DNA of 63,867 bases, filler included, from Octopus bimaculoides (Eukaryota): the NCBI RefSeq assembly GCF_001194135.2. It is 6 parts of 5 records of this genome, joined end to end, with 100 filler letters (N's around TTAATTAATTAA, not from the genome) between each part and the next. Parts side by side here need not be neighbours in the genome. Positions count along the whole stretch, not along the records: positions 13,264 to 35,556 come from NC_068999.1; positions 35,657 to 48,261 come from NC_068996.1; 4 more parts are not named here. One strand, given 5' to 3'. Position numbers and translations under genes: made by a program. The first letter of the stretch is position 1, and each line of letters starts with the position of its first letter. Below the pieces are notes generated by a model. It ran no database searches, was not told where the DNA came from, and was given only the letters and a program-made list of their open reading frames with translations. Of the stretch, positions 27,903 to 41,446 are shown piece after piece.

Positions 27903-30900
27903 GAGAGTGAGAGAGAGACAGAGATAACAAGAGCAGTTTAGGTCACTGGTAATCTAAGCTAATAGGTATGCTGTCTGAGTACTTCAATTGATTGTCTGTT
28001 TGGAAAATAGTCCTCAACGGTGAGTAACCTCGTGGCAACCACCGTAGGGTGAGGTTCTCATAATAGAGTCTAGCATCACCATTCAAGTGGTTAGAGTTGA
28101 CAGTTCGCAGGGACTGGTATAGTCTAGGAGAAAAACGCAGATTACATGCTATGGATGTAAGCCAAATAATCTATTATATATGTGTGTATTTATCTATACT
28201 TCAGATTCATTCAGAGCTACATACGTATTATGATAGCCTTATATATCTAATTGTCTTTCTCACAAATTCTAAAATCAAGTTGGTCTCCCGAAACATTTGT
28301 ATGACTACGTATTTCTGCTTACTTCGCTTCACCAATAAAACAATTATTTAAATGAACTGATAAGCTTGTCCTGCCTTGATTTTGTTTCAATCATCTGTAA
28401 TTATATATATATATATACCGACTCACGTTGACCTATATGATTTCTGTCCTTGCTATACCTACAGTTACTTCCATTGGAAATAGCCTGGTGCAGCAGTTGA
28501 TATTTTATTCTTTCAGAAAGCTAATATAGTTAGGCAACACCGCCTATTAAAGTAGTGTGTTGTACATATGATATTTTCTTTAAGTTGTCTTCAATTTAAA
28601 TGCCATTATTTTAATCGTGAAATATTGTTCAATTCATTGAAAGATGTAGAGAATGATTAAACATCCATGTTTACCAGTGACAAATACTCTTCACAGTTTA
28701 TGAATATTTCCCCTTTCCTTCAAACAAAGCAAAATTGATTAGATTGATTAGGGTTTTATTTTTAATGAAATTCAGATTGAAAGTGTTTTATATGATCTTA
28801 AATGCATTCGAAACAGAGAACCTTTGCGCTCGCAAGAATCAGATTTATGCTAGATATCAATGCATCACAATGTCTAAGGAAATCCCTTAGAAAACGATTG
28901 AAGATTCCAGGAAGATTGTAGGTTATGTTAATATATTGGTTAGTTAACTTCACTTCCCTTTGAAAATACCCCGGAAATAATTTGAGATTTTAATTGAGGA
29001 TTTGATCGTCTTAACATTTGTACGTTGCGCATATTTTATCCATCACGCCATGTTTATTAATATTCAAAGAATGAAGCGAGAGGAAATGATATATTTTATT
29101 GATGTTGGAACCTTTTAAATAAATCATGTAATATCCATCATCTAATATTTTTGATTGGATGGAATAAAATATTTTATCAGGAAATAAGATCAAATTCGAT
29201 AATTAAACATTAACCAAAAACTGATGGAGACGCAGTTATACATTTACATGTATTTATATATAATGTATGTTACATATTTATAAAAGTAGTTATTTTACAC
29301 TGCATGTTCATAAATCAATTAATTTAAGAAATGTTCAGTAAAATATAAGTGGATTTTGCGTGATATCTTTATCAAATAATCCCTAAAAATAAATGCAACA
29401 AAGTACATCTAAAAGAGAAGATCAATAAAGAAACAACATAACTGAAGAAGACAACACACCTCAGAATACTTCAGAAATGCAACATAACGTTCAGTTACAA
29501 AGTATCTGCGAGTATGTAATACTCTAATGTTTCATTCATGAAAAGAAATATTTAGAATTGAACTCACAATAATTCTATCAAAAATGTATACTCGGAAAAT
29601 CGTTTCTGTTAGATGGAATTCAATGCAGTATGCATGGTGAGATGTGTACTACGAATGGGACAAGAGTGAAGAAATATGAACACAGATTCATAGCAACCGA
29701 GGGCATCCTTAAGTACAACAACAATACCTCGAGTTTTGTAAAATATTATGAATTAATAATTACCCGACTAGTTCTGAATGCATTAGAGAAGCAGCAGTTG
29801 CTAACAGTATTTTAATGATGTACTGATGACCCAGGGAGGAATCCCGGCCGTCTCATTCGAGGAAGAGCCATTCTTATTTTAAAATCAACACAAAGCACAA
29901 TGTTTTGCGAAACCTTAATTTATATATTATTCCAGAAATTAAATCTCATATAGAAAAGGTAATGAACAAAAATCCAGAAGACCAAAAATGGTGATGCGAA
30001 ATTTCATATGGCGGTAATAAGCAATTTGTTATCCATGAGCTAAAGCAATATTACCGAAGAAAAACATTCGTAAGCTGAACATTAATTGAGAACCGGACAG
30101 TTTTTCTTAGAATTCGCTCGCAAGCATATTGAAAATTCTAGTCGTGAATAAGATGGCATCAACAATGGGAAAATGCATTAAACATGTCATGGGTAGGTGA
30201 CAAATATGATTTTATTTACTGTCATACAAATGAAACTCTTTTACAAGAAATATGTTCGAAGAGTAACTCGTTCTCCAATATATTTTTGTCTGTCGTTGAA
30301 TGCTTTGATCAACATACTAAACTGAACTGGAAGTGGATGCGAATTTTTTTTTATTTTTTTTTTAGGGATGATCGCATGCTTTCTTCTGCAAAACATGAAT
30401 ATATTGATATATCACTGCAGATGATACCCTAATTTTAAAAAAGATCAAAATCGCACCAGAGCTAACTTTAAACAGGAAGATTTAATAAAAACGTTTATCA
30501 TACTAGATGATAAAGTAAGATAAGATTATGAAACCAAACGCAAGATCACAAATATATTGAACTCAATGAACTACTTAATGTACAAAATGCGCAACTGACT
30601 GGATACATAACTATACGTGATTGGTAACACATTGTCCTCATAAGAATTGGTTTGCATCAGTGCATAAATATTTATTCGTCAGCGCGAATACTATATTTCC
30701 CATTTGATTAGTTTCAGTATTGACATGTTTCAATGAATTTATTGAATTGCCTACATCGAAATGAGAGTGTTCATCATGTCACAGTCTGGAGGATGATTCA
30801 AGGATAATCACTCTCATGTGGGGTTTATGCTCACCAACTAAGTAATGGGAACTTTCATATCCTTGTGTTTGAACTAGTCAGCCTCATTTGCATGCAAATT

Positions 30901-33606
30901 ATTTACTGCTCTTTTCGTTTCCCTTGGAAAGTTGAAATCACGAGGCAGAAATGGAACCGCATTATCTTTCACTCCGTAAGTATCTAGATTATAGCGCTGT
31001 GTAAATCCTCTTTGGATTTGTTTTCTGTGATTATTTGTAGATTATTTGTAGATTATTTGTAGATAAATTCGAAATACTTTACTTGTATCAATATTAGATT
31101 TAAAAGTGTAATTGATGATTATAGCGCTTCCCGAAATATTATGAATTAATTAAAATTCCTGTCTTTCCCAAAGCAAATGTCTCTAGAAGAAACTTTTGTT
31201 CTGGCTATGAAAATTCCAATTTTTCAATAATAAACATCAAATGGATTTCAATGCAAAAGAATTGACTTTCCTGAAATCCTGCGGCCGAAGGTCACATCCA
31301 GTTTATCGCGTTCCTTTTCCCTTGAAGTTCACACATCATTCAATAGGAGTTAAAGAAAGTAGAAGATCAGTTATCCGGTAACATTGAAATGGCAAAATGT
31401 CTTTCATCTGGAACATTAACATTACTTTGAAAAGTTCATACGATTTCCGATGCTTTGAATGCTTCAAATCATAATCATACAGCTTAATGTTTCCCATCTA
31501 TACAAACGTGTGGATGGATATTATCGCCGATATTTTTTTTTAATTATGTAAGATTAAATAAACTTGAAGTTTAGCTTGACAGAGAATTTAGATCATGCAT
31601 GCATGCTATTGTAGCAATGCGTTATGAATGCTGGGCAAACGTGCATGTGTCCATAATTTATGTTGCTTTCTTAAGAAACAAGTAACAAACGATGAAAATA
31701 CACGCGGAACAAAAATTCGGTAAAGGTGGTTCCAAGATTATCGATCTAATATAGTTTGAATGAGTCTTCTTAAAATATTACAGGTATAGCAATTCAACTG
31801 TTGTACTATTCCATAGTACATCAGTCTGAAGACTTCCAACTTCAATTACAATCGAGGTAAAGTTGAGGAAAAATTTCGTCAAAAATTGTACCTGTCACCT
31901 GCATGTGCTTCAAACTCTCTCAGCTTCAATAACAACAGTTATGCTGATTAATTCTTAATGCAAAAGATGATGTAAGAGTACAAAACGATGATGAAATACA
32001 TGGAACGTAACAGTTTGAAAGAAGTAGAGAGTAAATAACGATGAACCAAATATTACTCATTTTGAGCCAGTTACTGCGAAATCGAATGGCGGTGACAAAT
32101 TCGTTAATACTGAGAAAACAGTCGCGTAGATGTTGGCTACCAACCGACATAAATTCTTGGATTCACGTCTTGAAAAGTAACAATGTAGTTAGGTATTCTT
32201 TGGCTACAGTTTATTCCGTTCAATATTGAGTTCAAAGCTAAACCAAACTCTATGATCTTGGAGATTTAGGGTCGACAGGAGACTGTGAGATTTGATCGAC
32301 GGAGACGCGCTTTCGTCGAGTTCACAATACCACAACACCCCTCTTCGTCTCCTTCTTCTTCTTTGGCGGAGGTCATGAATGTTGCTCATCTTGGTGATGG
32401 AACGCACATGTTTCCAAAGTGTGAGATGGATTCCTCTAGAAGAAGCGTCTGGCGATGACTAAACTCCGTTTAAAGGTCACGAAAGAGACATTGCCTGCAC
32501 TGTTGTCTTCGCCTGTGTGAAATAAACGGGGCCTTTCTTTACTTGCCTTATAAGTATTTCGGTTGGTGATATTGATCAGATAACAAAAGGCTGTTTGGAA
32601 GGATTTTGACAAGCAAGTGTGCATGTGCGTTTGCATTTGAGTGAAGGTGTGTGTGCGTGTGCGTGTGTGTGACAACGCGCGCATGTGTGTATGTTGTAAA
32701 ATAACATGTAAAGAGCGCAATGTGAATCTGCGAGATATTCTATTTACAGAGCAATTTTGGTAAGCAATTTTGCTGAGCAGGGCCTTATCCGAACATTTAA
32801 AGGCGTTCTTTTGACAACCACCTTGATAGAACTTCTATATCTAAGGAGATGGGACATCATGCAGAATGTACCATGCGTAAAAGTGTTCTGCTATATGAAT
32901 TTTCGAGTAGTTTTACATAATTTGTGTTAGACCAGAATAGGCTTTCCTTGCACAGTTATGGTACTACGAATCGGGAAAAAACCACCTGGTGAGTGGTTCG
33001 AAGAATTCCAAGCAATGATTATGCGGAATGTCGCGGAAGAGTAGTCAGAATACAATTTGATATTTTAGGTAACAACAGATAGGCCGTTAGCATGTGAAGA
33101 GAAATGACTAAAGAAATAGTTTCAGTCTGAAATGAACTTTCTAAGAGGTCATTGGGTTTGAAGATGTTCACTGCCAGATACAGATCTAAAACCTAGAATA
33201 CGGGTAAGTTATCTAATTTGAAATGTCATAGGATTCGTATATGGGTGCGTACATGTATACACACGCATAATTATACGTACATATAAACACATATATATGT
33301 ATATATTAATATATATATATATATATATATTGATGCGACCACCGAAAATACAATTAGTGTTACATCCCTATCTCCCGAGCTGGGTTTTGAAACTGTATTC
33401 TGGTTGATGGTGGCAATGGCATTTCCTTTGTCTTGTCAACAACCACAGCTATTTTTAGTGTAGGAGTGATCGCTGCCCCCTTCCGGTCAGCGAAAGTTCA
33501 GAAAGGCAGGATAGGAATTGTACTGAACTGACCCAGCTTTGGGAGGGGGTAAGGTAGCACGATTGAGCTACGGTATCTGTGAGAAATACGAGAACAGGAA
33601 TTGGCG

Positions 33607-33791
33607 CGAAGCAGTCGGCGAGGATTTGGGGGCAGTCGAGTGGTAGTAGTCGGCCGAAGCAATTGGCAAGGATTTTGGGTGTCAGTCGAATAGTAGTAGT
33701 CGGCTGAAGCAATTGGCGAGGATTTTGGGTGTCAGTCGAGTGGTAGTAGTCGGCCGAAACAGTTGGCGAGGATTTTGGGTGGCAGTCGAGT
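33607..33791. repeat. 50-bp minisatellite, about 3.7 copies, inside a possible solo-LTR-like or unclassified repeat (about 33331-34217)
   Basis: Unit gaagcaattggcgaggattttgggtgtcagtcgagtggtagtagtcggcc, head-to-tail with no spacers. Confidence 0.9.
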
Positions 33792-35039
33792 TGTACAGGC
33801 GAGTTGGTCGAATAGATGAAGTGAAGATGAACAATGATAAGTCTGACAGAGAGAAAGATATAGTCAGCAGAAATGCATAGAGTCTCAGATAGAGAAGGAC
33901 AGAGAGATGGGATTCTGGCAGCCAAAAGAGATAGCAGTAGTCAGTTGTTTACTTCTTGGACCGTACGGTGTTTGTGAAAGAAAGGAAGTTATTACAGCAA
34001 AGGCTTGTCTAAATATTCTTCCAAGAAAATGTATTTGTCGTTATGATGTATAAAGAAAAAGAACTGTTAACTGTGATGTTAACTTAAAAGAGAAAGAAAA
34101 GAAAGAACTTTTATATGTGGTGTAACTGAAAAGAAAAGAAAGAAAAGAAAGAACTTTTAAAGGACTCGATGTACGAACTCTTGTTTATGTAACGATTGCA
34201 AACCCTTGATTATGTTGCATGCGCCATTATATTCTATTGAATTGTTATGTAATGTTTTATTCTGATGTNNNNNNNNNNNNNNNNNNNNNNNNNNNNNNNN
34301 NNNNNNNNNNNNNNNNNNNNNNNNNNNNNNNNNNNNNNNNNNNNNNNNNNNNNNNNNNNNNNNNNNNNNNNNNNNNNNNNNNNNNNNNNNNNNNNNNNNN
34401 NNNNNNNNNNNNNNNNNNNNNNNNNNNNNNNNNNNNNNNNNNNNNNNNNNNNNNNNNNNNNNNNNNNNNNNNNNNNNNNNNNNNNNNNNNNNNNNNNNNN
34501 NNNNNNNNNNNNNNNNNNNNNNNNNNNNNNNNNNNNNNNNNNNNNNNNNNNNNNNNNNNNNNNNNNNNNNNNNNNNNNNNNNNNNNNNNNNNNNNNNNNN
34601 NNNNNNNNNNNNNNNNNNNNNNNNNNNNNNNNNNNNNNNNNNNNNNNNNNNNNNNNNNNNNNNNNNNNNNNNNNNNNNNNNNNNNNNNNNNNNNNNNNNN
34701 NNNNNNNNNNNNNNNNNNNNNNNNNNNNNNNNNNNNNNNNNNNNNNNNNNNNNNNNNNNNNNNNNNNNNNNNNNNNNNNNNNNNNNNNNNNNNNNNNNNN
34801 NNNNNNNNNNNNNNNNNNNNNNNNNNNNNNNNNNATATATATATATATATATATATATACATACGGTTGGCCAAAAGTAACACGACAATAATTCAAAATT
34901 CCATGAATATTGTCTGTTCAATTCTATATTTAAGAGATGAGGAATCATGTACATTATTTACATTATTTGAAATTGACGGATTTTTAGCAGGGGTTTTCAT
35001 GCGCTTAGCTTTTTCTGCACTTGTTTCTCTTATGTCTAA

Positions 35040-35285
35040 TTCTGGAATTTGTTTTATTTAGAATTCACTTAGATATACCTTTGCCTGCTTTGTTACTGAG
35101 TATGATTCTTTCTTGTTTTCATGTTTTGAGACACGTTTTAACATCCAGTCCTCAGAGCTTTTCAGGTGGCTGTCTAGGCCAATTGTGGCAATCTTCATTG
35201 TTAATGTCACGGCCTCCCAGTTTTTTTTATGGCAGATAAAGGCGTTCTATATCTGCCTTAGTGTGGTACATTCTATGAAGTAGTC
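35040..35285 (-). mobile_element. R4/Dong-like LINE internal fragment
   Basis: Minus strand MYHTKADIERLYLP..KLGGR, typical post-RT motif (HPKADIERLY..RKEGGRGL). Confidence 0.7.
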
Positions 35286-35480
35286 TTTTACTCTTTACTC
35301 TTTTACTTGTTTCAGTCATTTGACTGTTTGCCATGCTGGAGCACCGCCTTTATTCGAGCAAATCGACCTCAGGACTTATGCTTTTGTAAGCCTAGTACTT
35401 ATTCTATCGGTCTCTTGGGCCGAATCGCTGTTACGGGGACGTAAACACACCACCATCGGTTGTCAAGCGATGTTGTGGAG
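35283..35480 (-). mobile_element. SINE family B 3' half
   Basis: tttactcttttacttgtttcagtcatttgactg..gccatgctggagcaccgcc...gtcaagcgatgttg; matches 45345-45600 reversed. Confidence 0.8.
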
Positions 35481-35556
35481 AGAAACACAGAGACACAAAC
35501 ATATACATACATATATATATAAATATATATATATATAATATATATTTGCATTGGGC

Positions 35557-35656
35557 NNNNNNNNNNNNNNNNNNNNNNNNNNNNNNNNNNNNNNNNNNNN
35601 TTAATTAATTAANNNNNNNNNNNNNNNNNNNNNNNNNNNNNNNNNNNNNNNNNNNN
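35557..35656. other. Artificial scaffold-join spacer
   Basis: 44N + TTAATTAATTAA (35601-35612) + 44N. Confidence 0.95.
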
Positions 35657-36989
35657 ATATATACGAATTTATAATTTTTTGATAAGACCAATACTCTATA
35701 CGGATTCGTATGTATATAAAAACTCACACGTGCACAGCCACACAATCGCACACATGCACACAAATACACACGTATTGAATTAACTTTATAGTAAGAGTAT
35801 TAGCACGAGGCATTGCAAGATTTATAAACGAATGATCGATTGCCTTTTTTAAAAAATATTTTTCTCTCTTTTGTTGTAAAATTACAAAGTTATTTTACAT
35901 AATGTAATATTTCGAGTCGAAAATTCTTTTTCAAATTGAAAATCTCATTCATTGCAGAAAACAACGGAAAAATGTTCACTTTAACCTGTAGGTGCCATAC
36001 TTCAGATTTTAACATGAAATGTTCTTCCTTCCGTTTCCTGAATTTTGTTGATCCATAATGTGCGGGGATGCTGCACAATAAGAAATGGGTAATAGAATGG
36101 CTTGTGTTGCAGTAGATGGCGACGTGTTGGTCTGGTATACATCGTAGTGTACTTTCAATGTGTTCATGAACGCGACCGTCAATGCAACGGTACGTCTGTC
36201 AATGTATAGTGTGCCGCAAAGTTTTCAGGTCAGGTGATGCAGCATATGAGTAACACGTTACCGAAAATAGAATTCTGGGTAACATGGTACACTGTTTGTC
36301 CCTTCACCAAACCTCGCCCGCATCTTTTCTACTTTTAGTTTTTCTTTCTTTTCCCCCTTCTAACCTAATTTCTCTCTTCAATCATATGAGGAAAATTTCT
36401 ATTTTACTATGTTTGATGACATTAGAAATGTCTTTTCCATATGAAACAAATGTGATCCCAAAATAATATCCCGGAGGACACCACCAATAATGACTTTGGT
36501 TTAGTCTGCCGGAAGCTTTACTGAAGAAGTCTACAAAAATGACAACTGTCCTAGAGCATTTAAAATAACATCAAAAGCTGTGCCAAAGCTGTGTTTGGAA
36601 ATCTCCGCCAACATGAAAACCACGCTGGTTGAGATCATGGAGGTGATTTCTCTTTAGAATGATGTGAACTGAAATACTTTAAGATTAAACATGTTAGTGT
36701 AATCCGACGATAATTTATACGACAAACGATTTATTTCCCTTTGTAAAAATTGAAGTAACATGGAGTAACAAACTGGGCCCTAAAGGTTCAATGATTTCCT
36801 CTAGGGATTACAACAAGAAGTAGATGTCGGCACTTCTTCAGGACATATCATCTAACTAGTAAGGGCTTACTGCTGATTGCGTTTATTTTTATCAATTGCA
36901 GTTGGGATGTCCGCAGCGCTGAAAGTTATACCAGGATCGATTATTGAAGAATACCTTCATTAATACTCCCTAAGTCACCTGCATTGGTT

Positions 36990-37038
36990 TATGCTACTAA
37001 TGCTACTGCTAGAACTGATGATGATGATGATGATAATA

Positions 37039-37105
<67 letters not shown>

Positions 37106-37290
37106 CGTTGATGATGATGATGATGACGTTGATGACGATGATGACGATGATGACGATGATGACGATGATGATGATGACGATGATGATGATGACGAAGATG
37201 ATGATGGTGATGATGATGACGATGATGATGATGATGATGAAGATGATAATGATAATGATGATGATGAAGATGATGATGATGAAGATGATA

Positions 37291-37339
<49 letters not shown>

Positions 37340-37500
37340 CCGTGACGATGACAGCGGCGACAGCAGTATGCTGATTACGAAGCAGGGGAGGAGAAGGAGG
37401 AGGAGGAAGAGGAGCAGCAGCAGCAGCTGAATGTTCATTTATTCGATTATCGATCGACTGATTTCCATTCACACAAACCCGAAACCATCAAATATTCGTT
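36990..37500 (+). repeat. Left arm of an inverted duplication containing (GAT)n
   Basis: Unique flanks on both sides of the GAT tract recur reverse-complemented at 38360-38780. Confidence 0.85.
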
Positions 37501-38359
37501 GTCTGTTCTGCTTGATTATTCGCAATCATATAAATTCTTTGTTGCTATATGAATTCCGTTACATTGCACTGTAATTTATTGTCCACCATAATTTGAAACA
37601 TGGTTGTTGTGGTCATCATCAACCCTTGGACATTACTGTCTCAAGTTGTGCGACGCACAGAACCTGTTTTCCGCTTCCCATGGCGTAAATGTGACCGATA
37701 TCACAAAATCACCCCCACATCCCAGCCTGAACGGGCCTCAGGCTGTCATGGGGTTATTTATTTATAACCGAGTGGACTAAACCAACGTGAAATGAATTAT
37801 TTTGCTCAAGAATTCAATGCACTACCTAGTCTGGGAATCGAGTCCACGATCCTGCAATTGCGAGTGCAGCACGCAATCTGCTAACATACACGACTTCACG
37901 ATTCTTGGTGATGTCGTCTCACCAATTTTACAAATGAGACAATTTACACTTTTGGTTGTTCGTTGTTTCTCTCTTTCTGTCTGTCCAAGAAAATCTGACC
38001 AACTACATTATCATGTCTTTTAATCCTGGAATTCTCAATTCATTATTGTTATTTTTCTTCCATCTTACAGGAAAAGGCGGAGAACGTATTTTCCCTTGAG
38101 GTACGCTGTGGCACAGTCACTCGAAACTGAGACAAGAAGCAAGCTGTTAGAAATATCATTGAAATATTGTTGCCGTTAAAGTTACCGTGGGATTTATGAT
38201 AAGCGACAGAGATAATAAGACTAGAAAAACTGAGTTTAGTATCAAGTAACGACGAACGAACCACTCACTGCCTCCATTTCCGAATTTTGTAGAAATCCGT
38301 AGGGGGTAGATGTTATAATGAAGAATTTATATGATTACGAATTATCATGCAGAGTAGAG

Positions 38360-38538
38360 AACGAATATTTGATGATTTCGGGTTTGTGTAAATGAATATC
38401 AGTCGATCGATAATCGAATAAATGAGCATTCGGCTCCTCCCCGTCTTCCTCCTCTCTCATCATTTTCTCGTCCGCTCCGTAATCAGCATGATACGGCTGA
38501 GGTCGCCGCTGCCACTAGCATCACCGCCGTCGTCGTCG

Positions 38539-38584
<46 letters not shown>

Positions 38585-38623
38585 AATCATCTTCATCATC
38601 ATCATCTTCATCATCATCATCGG

Positions 38624-38665
<42 letters not shown>

Positions 38666-38674
38666 AATCATCAA

Positions 38675-38724
<50 letters not shown>

Positions 38725-38780
38725 CCTGTAGTAGTAGTAGAAGTAATATCATTAGCAGTAGCTAGAGTACTAACAGCAGC
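38360..38780 (-). repeat. Right arm of the inverted duplication, containing (CAT)n
   Basis: aacgaatatttgatgatttcgggtttgtgtaaatgaatatcagtcgatcgataatcgaataaatgagcattc is about 90% identical to the reverse complement of 37430-37500. Confidence 0.85.
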
Positions 38781-39054
38781 AGCAGCAGCAGCAGCAGTTG
38801 TAATTAATTGGCGGGTATTCCACACCGTTGTACCGTATTGTTTGTTGGTGCATTGTGCCATTGTGACATTTGTAAAAGACTTCTACAACATAATAATTAT
38901 TTTCTGAAAGATTTTCTTTCTTTGAATTTGGTTTCTCGGAAATAGTTCTACATAGAATTGTCTGAGATTGTTCTTTCCGTCTCTTTGGCTTTCTTTGCCG
39001 TATGCAAAGATAGAATTCCCTGAACGGACATTATTATCGAGAAAATTATGAAAT

Positions 39055-39085
<31 letters not shown>

Positions 39086-40401
39086 GTCTATAAATATATA
39101 TATACACATACATATACATACATGCGTACCTACATATACTCACGTATGTATATGTTTATATGTATATATATACACATATATGTGATACATATACATGTAC
39201 CTATATCTATCTATCTATCTACCTATCAATATATATATATANNNNNNNNNNNNNNNNNNNNNNNNNNNNNNNNNNNNNNNNNNNNNNNNNNNNNNNNNNN
39301 NNNNNNNNNNNNNNNNNNNNNNNNNNNNNNNNNNNNNNNNNNNNNNNNNNNNNNNNNNNNNNNNNNNNNNNNNNNNNNNNNNNNNNNNNNNNNNNNNNNN
39401 NNNNNNNNNNNNNNNNNNNNNNNNNNNNNNNNNNNNNNNNNNNNNNNNNNNNNNNNNNNNNNNNNNNNNNNNNNNNNNNNNNNNNNNNNNNNNNNNNNNN
39501 NNNNNNNNNNNNNNNNNNNNNNNNNNNNNNNNNNNNNNNNNNNNNNNNNNNNNNNNNNNNNNNNNNNNNNNNNNNNNNNNNNNNNNNNNNNNNNNNNNNN
39601 NNNNNNNNNNNNNNNNNNNNNNNNNNNNNNNNNNNNNNNNNNNNNNNNNNNNNNNNNNNNNNNNNNNNNNNNNNNNNNNNNNNNNNNNNNNNNNNNNNNN
39701 NNNNNNNNNNNNNNNNNNNNNNNNNNNNNNNNNNNNNNNNNNNNNNNNNNNNNNNNNNNNNATTCAAAAAAGAAATATAATATAAAACTTGTAACTGCCA
39801 AAACAAAAACCAAGAAATGAAAGAAGAAAAATGGCAAAAGTCAAACCTGGGATGAAATATAGAAAAAGAAACCAAAAGATGAACAATAATAAAAACAAAT
39901 ATAAAAAAATGCATTTTTAGTTCCTTTTGGGCGGAAAGCTTTTTTTTTCTTTTTTCTTTTGGAAGACAAATTGCCCGAAAATATTTCATGTATGCTAAAT
40001 TCAAGGGAAAATTGCTTCCAATCAATAATATATAAACCAACGATCATGATTGATTTGTTTTCTTTCTTGCATAAAGAATCCATAACTGGTAAAGAAATGG
40101 AGAGAAAGGAAGGAATAAAGAAGGTAAAGAAGTGAGAGTAACTGGTTGCGTGAGGTGTATGGTTAAGCAGAATGGTGGGGAGGTCTGTGAGTGGAATAAT
40201 GCTAAACTGATGGAAAAGACAAGGTAAGACAAAAAAAACAGAAATAATATTTTTAAAAAACCCCAGAAAACAAGTGACAAAATATAAAAAGAAACAAACA
40301 AAAAAAATGGCAGGATTTAGACGTATCAGGGCAGAAAGTTATGGCGTAGAAGAAAGTACATAAGTATATAAGTAAGTAGAAAGAAAAGTATGCAAACGTA
40401 C

Positions 40402-40464
<63 letters not shown>

Positions 40465-40733
40465 NNNNNNNNNNNNNNNNNNNNNNNNNNNNNNNNNNNN
40501 NNNNNNNNNNNNNNNNNNNNNNNNNNNNNNNNNNNNNNNNNNNNNNNNNNNNNNNNNNNNNNNNNNNNNNNNNNNNNNNNNNNNNNNNNNNNNNNNNNNN
40601 NNNNNNNNNNNNNNNNNNNNNNNNNNNNNNNNNNNNNNNNNNNNNNNNNNNNNNNNNNNNNNNNNNNNNNNNNNNNNNNNNNNNNNNNNNNNNNNNNNNN
40701 NNNNNNNNNNNNNNNNNNNNNNNNNNNNNNNNN

Positions 40734-40783
<50 letters not shown>

Positions 40784-41299
40784 GTGTGTGTATGTATGTA
40801 TGTATGTATACGTGTATATATATATTTATATATAAATACATGCATGCATAAGTACATACATTCAGATGTAAAGATAATATATAAAACAGACAGAATAAAA
40901 ATAGAATGAATTATAAAGTACGAAAGAGAATATTATATAGAAAACACACAGCACGTATATCTATATGTGCATGTATATATATATGTATACATGCATGTAT
41001 TTACATTCTAAAATATTGCATATATACATATACATATACACACATACATATATATGTATATGTGTGTATATATATTTAGACATATATGCATATATACATA
41101 TATACATATGTAAGTTTGTATGCATATATGTATGTAGATGTACGCGTCTGTACGAAATAAGAATGCAAAAGGTATTGAAAGAGCGATGAAACATTGGAAA
41201 ATTAAAAATATGACTCCGCCACATTTCTTTATACAACAACAACAACAGCAACAACAACACAAACAACAACAACTAGTACCACTACTGCTGCTGCTGCTG

Positions 41300-41346
<47 letters not shown>

Positions 41347-41396
41347 GCCACTACTACTACTACTNNNNNNNNNNACCACTACTGCTGCTGCTGCTG

Positions 41397-41446
<50 letters not shown>

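Noticed and set aside
29822-29860. CTGATGA followed by a GGGA/TCCC hairpin
   Set aside because: No GAAA or stem III after the hairpin; no box C/D partner
33607-33791. Regular 50-bp repeats as a possible CRISPR array
   Set aside because: Head-to-tail with no unique spacers, eukaryotic context, no cas genes
36984-38861. Two paralogous poly-Asp ORFs (36984-37430 +, 38460-38861 -) sharing MLIT..R, suggestive of aspein-like acidic proteins
   Set aside because: No signal peptide, and GAT repeats are open in several frames anyway; the similarity is explained by the inverted duplication
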